Source: Azolla caroliniana (Eukaryota > Plantae > Polypodiophyta). From it: a DNA stretch of 64,000 nt. Location: assembly GCA_043228905.1 (NCBI GenBank), contig JBHGNT010000022.1, positions 1,674,001 to 1,738,000 of the forward strand. The letters run 5' to 3'. The translations under genes and the position numbers were made by a program. The notes beneath the pieces are model-generated. The model did no database searches, was not told the origin of the DNA, and saw only the letters and a list, made by a program, of their open reading frames with translations. Below, piece by piece: positions 61,101 to 64,000 of the stretch. The stretch's first letter is position 1, and each line of letters starts with the position of its first letter.

Positions 61101-62955
61101 TTCGTCAACGTTTATTCTGATGGAGCCAAGCGAGTAAAAAATGCTCTTGATCTTGGCAGTGTAGTCCGACATGGACATGTCTTTTTGCCAAATGTTGTTC
61201 AACTCTTGTTGAAGTTGAAGCTTCGGGCGGTTGTGTTGGTGGCGAACATTTTCTTTAAGTTCGCCCATGCCACTTTGGGCGTCTTGACCTCTCGAATGTG
61301 CCTAAGCATGTGGTCGTGGACACATGTTGCCAAGCAATACATGACTCGACTAGCCATTTGCTCCCATGTTGCGTAGTCGGCATTCTTTGAGTCGAGTTGA
61401 TTTTCTTGAGCACCGTTGATGTAGCTCCAATACCCTTGGCCGACAAGGTATTGGGTCATCTTGTACTCCCAAGATGAATAATTACTCCGGTCTAGCTTTT
61501 CACTAGGGAGCGAGCTACCCATTTGTGTGTTCATGTTGATTGTAGTGTCTTCTCTTCTTTTGCTTTTCTTCCTTCAATCACGTACACATGCTACATAGCA
61601 GCACTACGGTAGCCGATAGCCGGATTTTGTCGTCAGTGTCTCGAACACACAAACATGGAGTCCAGTGGGCTTAGTAGATTTTCTAAACCACACGCTCTAA
61701 TTCCATGTTAAGAATTAGTTAAGTAATTAAGAAAGGGTTAATTAGTACCTAATTATGTGATTAGTTGCTAAGCACGAAAGATTAAGTGATATGTGTGTGT
61801 ATGTGTGTGAGAGGAAGAGAGAGAGGGAGAGAGGCTTATGAACAACACAAGATTGGGGATGAGTGACTATATTAAATTAGCATTAGCTTCATCATCATCA
61901 AATACAAAAATACCCACAATGAGGTATATATACATCTCATGTGCAAAGGTGCACATGTGTGAGTAGAATATAGGTATTAATGTGTAAGTCCTATATTAAA
62001 TGTACTTAGGAGTGGAGGATCTACAATATCCCACTTAAGTACAAGGTCCTATTTAAGACGTTATAGTTAACAGTTCTGACTAGATTTTATCTAGGTAACT
62101 TCGAAGTTACATTGTTGACTAATAAGCTAAACTAAATTGAGCTTGATCTCCCAACACGCCCCCTCAAGCTCGTGTGAGGCGTCCGACATCCGCTTTGGCT
62201 TTTGTCGGCTTCATTTGCTTCAATCCGGCCTTCAGCTTTCTTCGCCGTGGCAATCTCGGTTCCTCCCCGTCAAGCCGGTGATGAAGGCTTGTCGTGTGTG
62301 GGTGAAGGTTGACTACTTCCACCCATCCTGGGTTATGAGTTGCTTCGATGGAGCTCTTGGGATCTTGTTCGGCCGCTACCTTCATCATGAAGGCGTAATG
62401 ATGGGCCATGTACTCGTTGTAGTCGTGCCGAGTGACGAGGTTCTTAGCTCTAGATGAGCATCAAAGCTTTTCGCTCGCCGATGTGAGTGCCTTCTTTACT
62501 CCGGGTGTCCACAACATGGGCGCACCGAACTCACTGTCTAGTGAGGGAGCCGGCACATATGAATCACTGTCGTCGGGGTGATCGACTTCATATTCGGGCA
62601 TCTTACCTTTGCCTTTGTCCAAGTTCGTACTTGGTCGTGACATGCTTGGGTCGCGTGGGGACTCTTGTGGCCCAATAGGCTTTGCTGTAATCAGACTTTC
62701 TTTGAACATGTGTTCGAAGCGATCTCCATCTTCTACCTCTTGTTCGGCGGATTCGGGTCGAGCGGAGTCAGAGTCGTAGTGGTCTTTGGTGCGTACCAGG
62801 ATACGGACTCGTCGAAGACTATGTCTCGACTTACCCGAACCGCTTGGGTACAAGGGTTGTAGCACTTGTATGCCTTCTTCTCGGACGAGTATACTATGAG
62901 GATACATTCCTCCAACTTTGCGTTGGGCTTCTGTCGTTGTTGGTTCGGGATGCAT
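58181..62955 (-). mobile_element. Tandem RT/RNaseH-less Ty1/copia derivative K (LTR, gag-PR-INT, LTR, second 3' end)
   Basis: LTRs 58181-58630 and 61706-62156, each flanked by the same PPT; degenerate PBS 61694-61705; gag CNYCGKIGHREEEC, PR WFIDSGAS, INT; 58631-59416 repeated at 62157-62955. Confidence 0.9.
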
Positions 62956-64000
62956 CTCACTGTGTTAAATCACTAATTGGAGTAAGCTAGCCAGCTGTAC
63001 TTTGTTCATGTGATTGTAACCACTTGAGATTGGTCTCCAGGCAGTAACCAAATTCGTGCTTCATTCAGCAAATCGACATTCGGGAGGATCAGTTGGATCC
63101 GTCCCTCTCATCGCTGCAGTCATCCGAAGTAGAATCGGCCCAAACAATCAGTTTCTTGTGATCAATAATCGGCATACAATCGGAAGCTAACTGGAGTCAC
63201 TCCAAGAAGATTCAACAAACAAGTATCCGAAACCAAACCGACTCAGGTTCAAGACCGACTAGAACGATATCGGGTGAGCCGACAGGCTGCACCCCACTAA
63301 GGTTCCTACTCAACTCCGAACAGAGTATTACCAACCGAAACCAAATCAGATGGCATCAACATCCGTCTCATTGGAGATGAGTCTAAGGAGGCTCGATGGT
63401 TCGAACTTCAACTTCTGGAAGTAACAAATGCAGAACTATCTCATAGTCAAGGGTCAGATAGACCCGATTGAGAATGAAAATCCTCCAGAAGCATACAAGG
63501 CAAATGAGTGTCTAAAGCTGGACAGAATCGTCTGTGCCACGATTCGGATGCACTTGTCGGAGTCAGTGTACTTCACAGTGCAATCATGCTCGACAACTTT
63601 TGAACTTTGAAAAACACTATTGGAAACTTATGAAAAGAAGGTTGCCGCAACGAAGATATATCTGATCCAGCGCCTCTACAACATGTGGATGAAAGAATCT
63701 AATTCGGTTCAGGCACTCCTCAACGAGTACGAAAGCCTAAGCTCCCAAATATCGTCTTAGGGGACGGCAATAGAGGATGAACTTAGAGCAATGATACTCA
63801 TGAGTAGTCTCCCCTCTTCTTGGGAAACTTTCGTCACAACCGTGTGCAATGCTTCAACAACTGCCATTAAGTACTCCGAAATCACGAGCGCAATCCTGAC
63901 TGAAGTAGCTCGGAGAAAGTCTTTTGCCAAAGACTCGGTAGATGAAGCTTACGTAGTACAAGGTTTGACCGACCGATCGAACAACCAGGGAAGAAGTTCT
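62956..64000 (+). mobile_element. 5' UTR and decayed gag of an element G-family copia, running off the window end
   Basis: ATG 63350 MASTSVSLEMSLRRLDGSNFNFWK; matches the reverse complement of ~31840-32620. Confidence 0.88.

Overview
Land-plant genomic DNA, probably a fern or other non-seed plant (inferred from the retrotransposon lineages). The first ~14.8 kb is AT-rich and holds two intronless, GC-rich tandem paralogues of the At4g22030-like / PF14476 ('petal formation-expressed') family (6991-8259 and 13014-14471). Each is built from two copies of a unit that resembles the bacterial SLATT 2TM effector domain. From 14835 to the end is a continuous nest of LTR retrotransposons: nine decayed Ty1/copia units (one an RT/RNaseH-less tandem sharing an LTR), two solo LTRs, a gag-only Ty3/gypsy derivative, a decayed gypsy fragment, and one very young intact gypsy (42205-49534, minus strand). 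The young element has an 18-nt tRNA-Trp primer site and its protease in the gag ORF. Its gag-pro and pol ORFs are joined by a predicted -1 ribosomal frameshift signal (G GAU UUU UAG, 6-nt spacer, H-type pseudoknot). Coordinates were read by eye and may be off by a few bases at decayed junctions.
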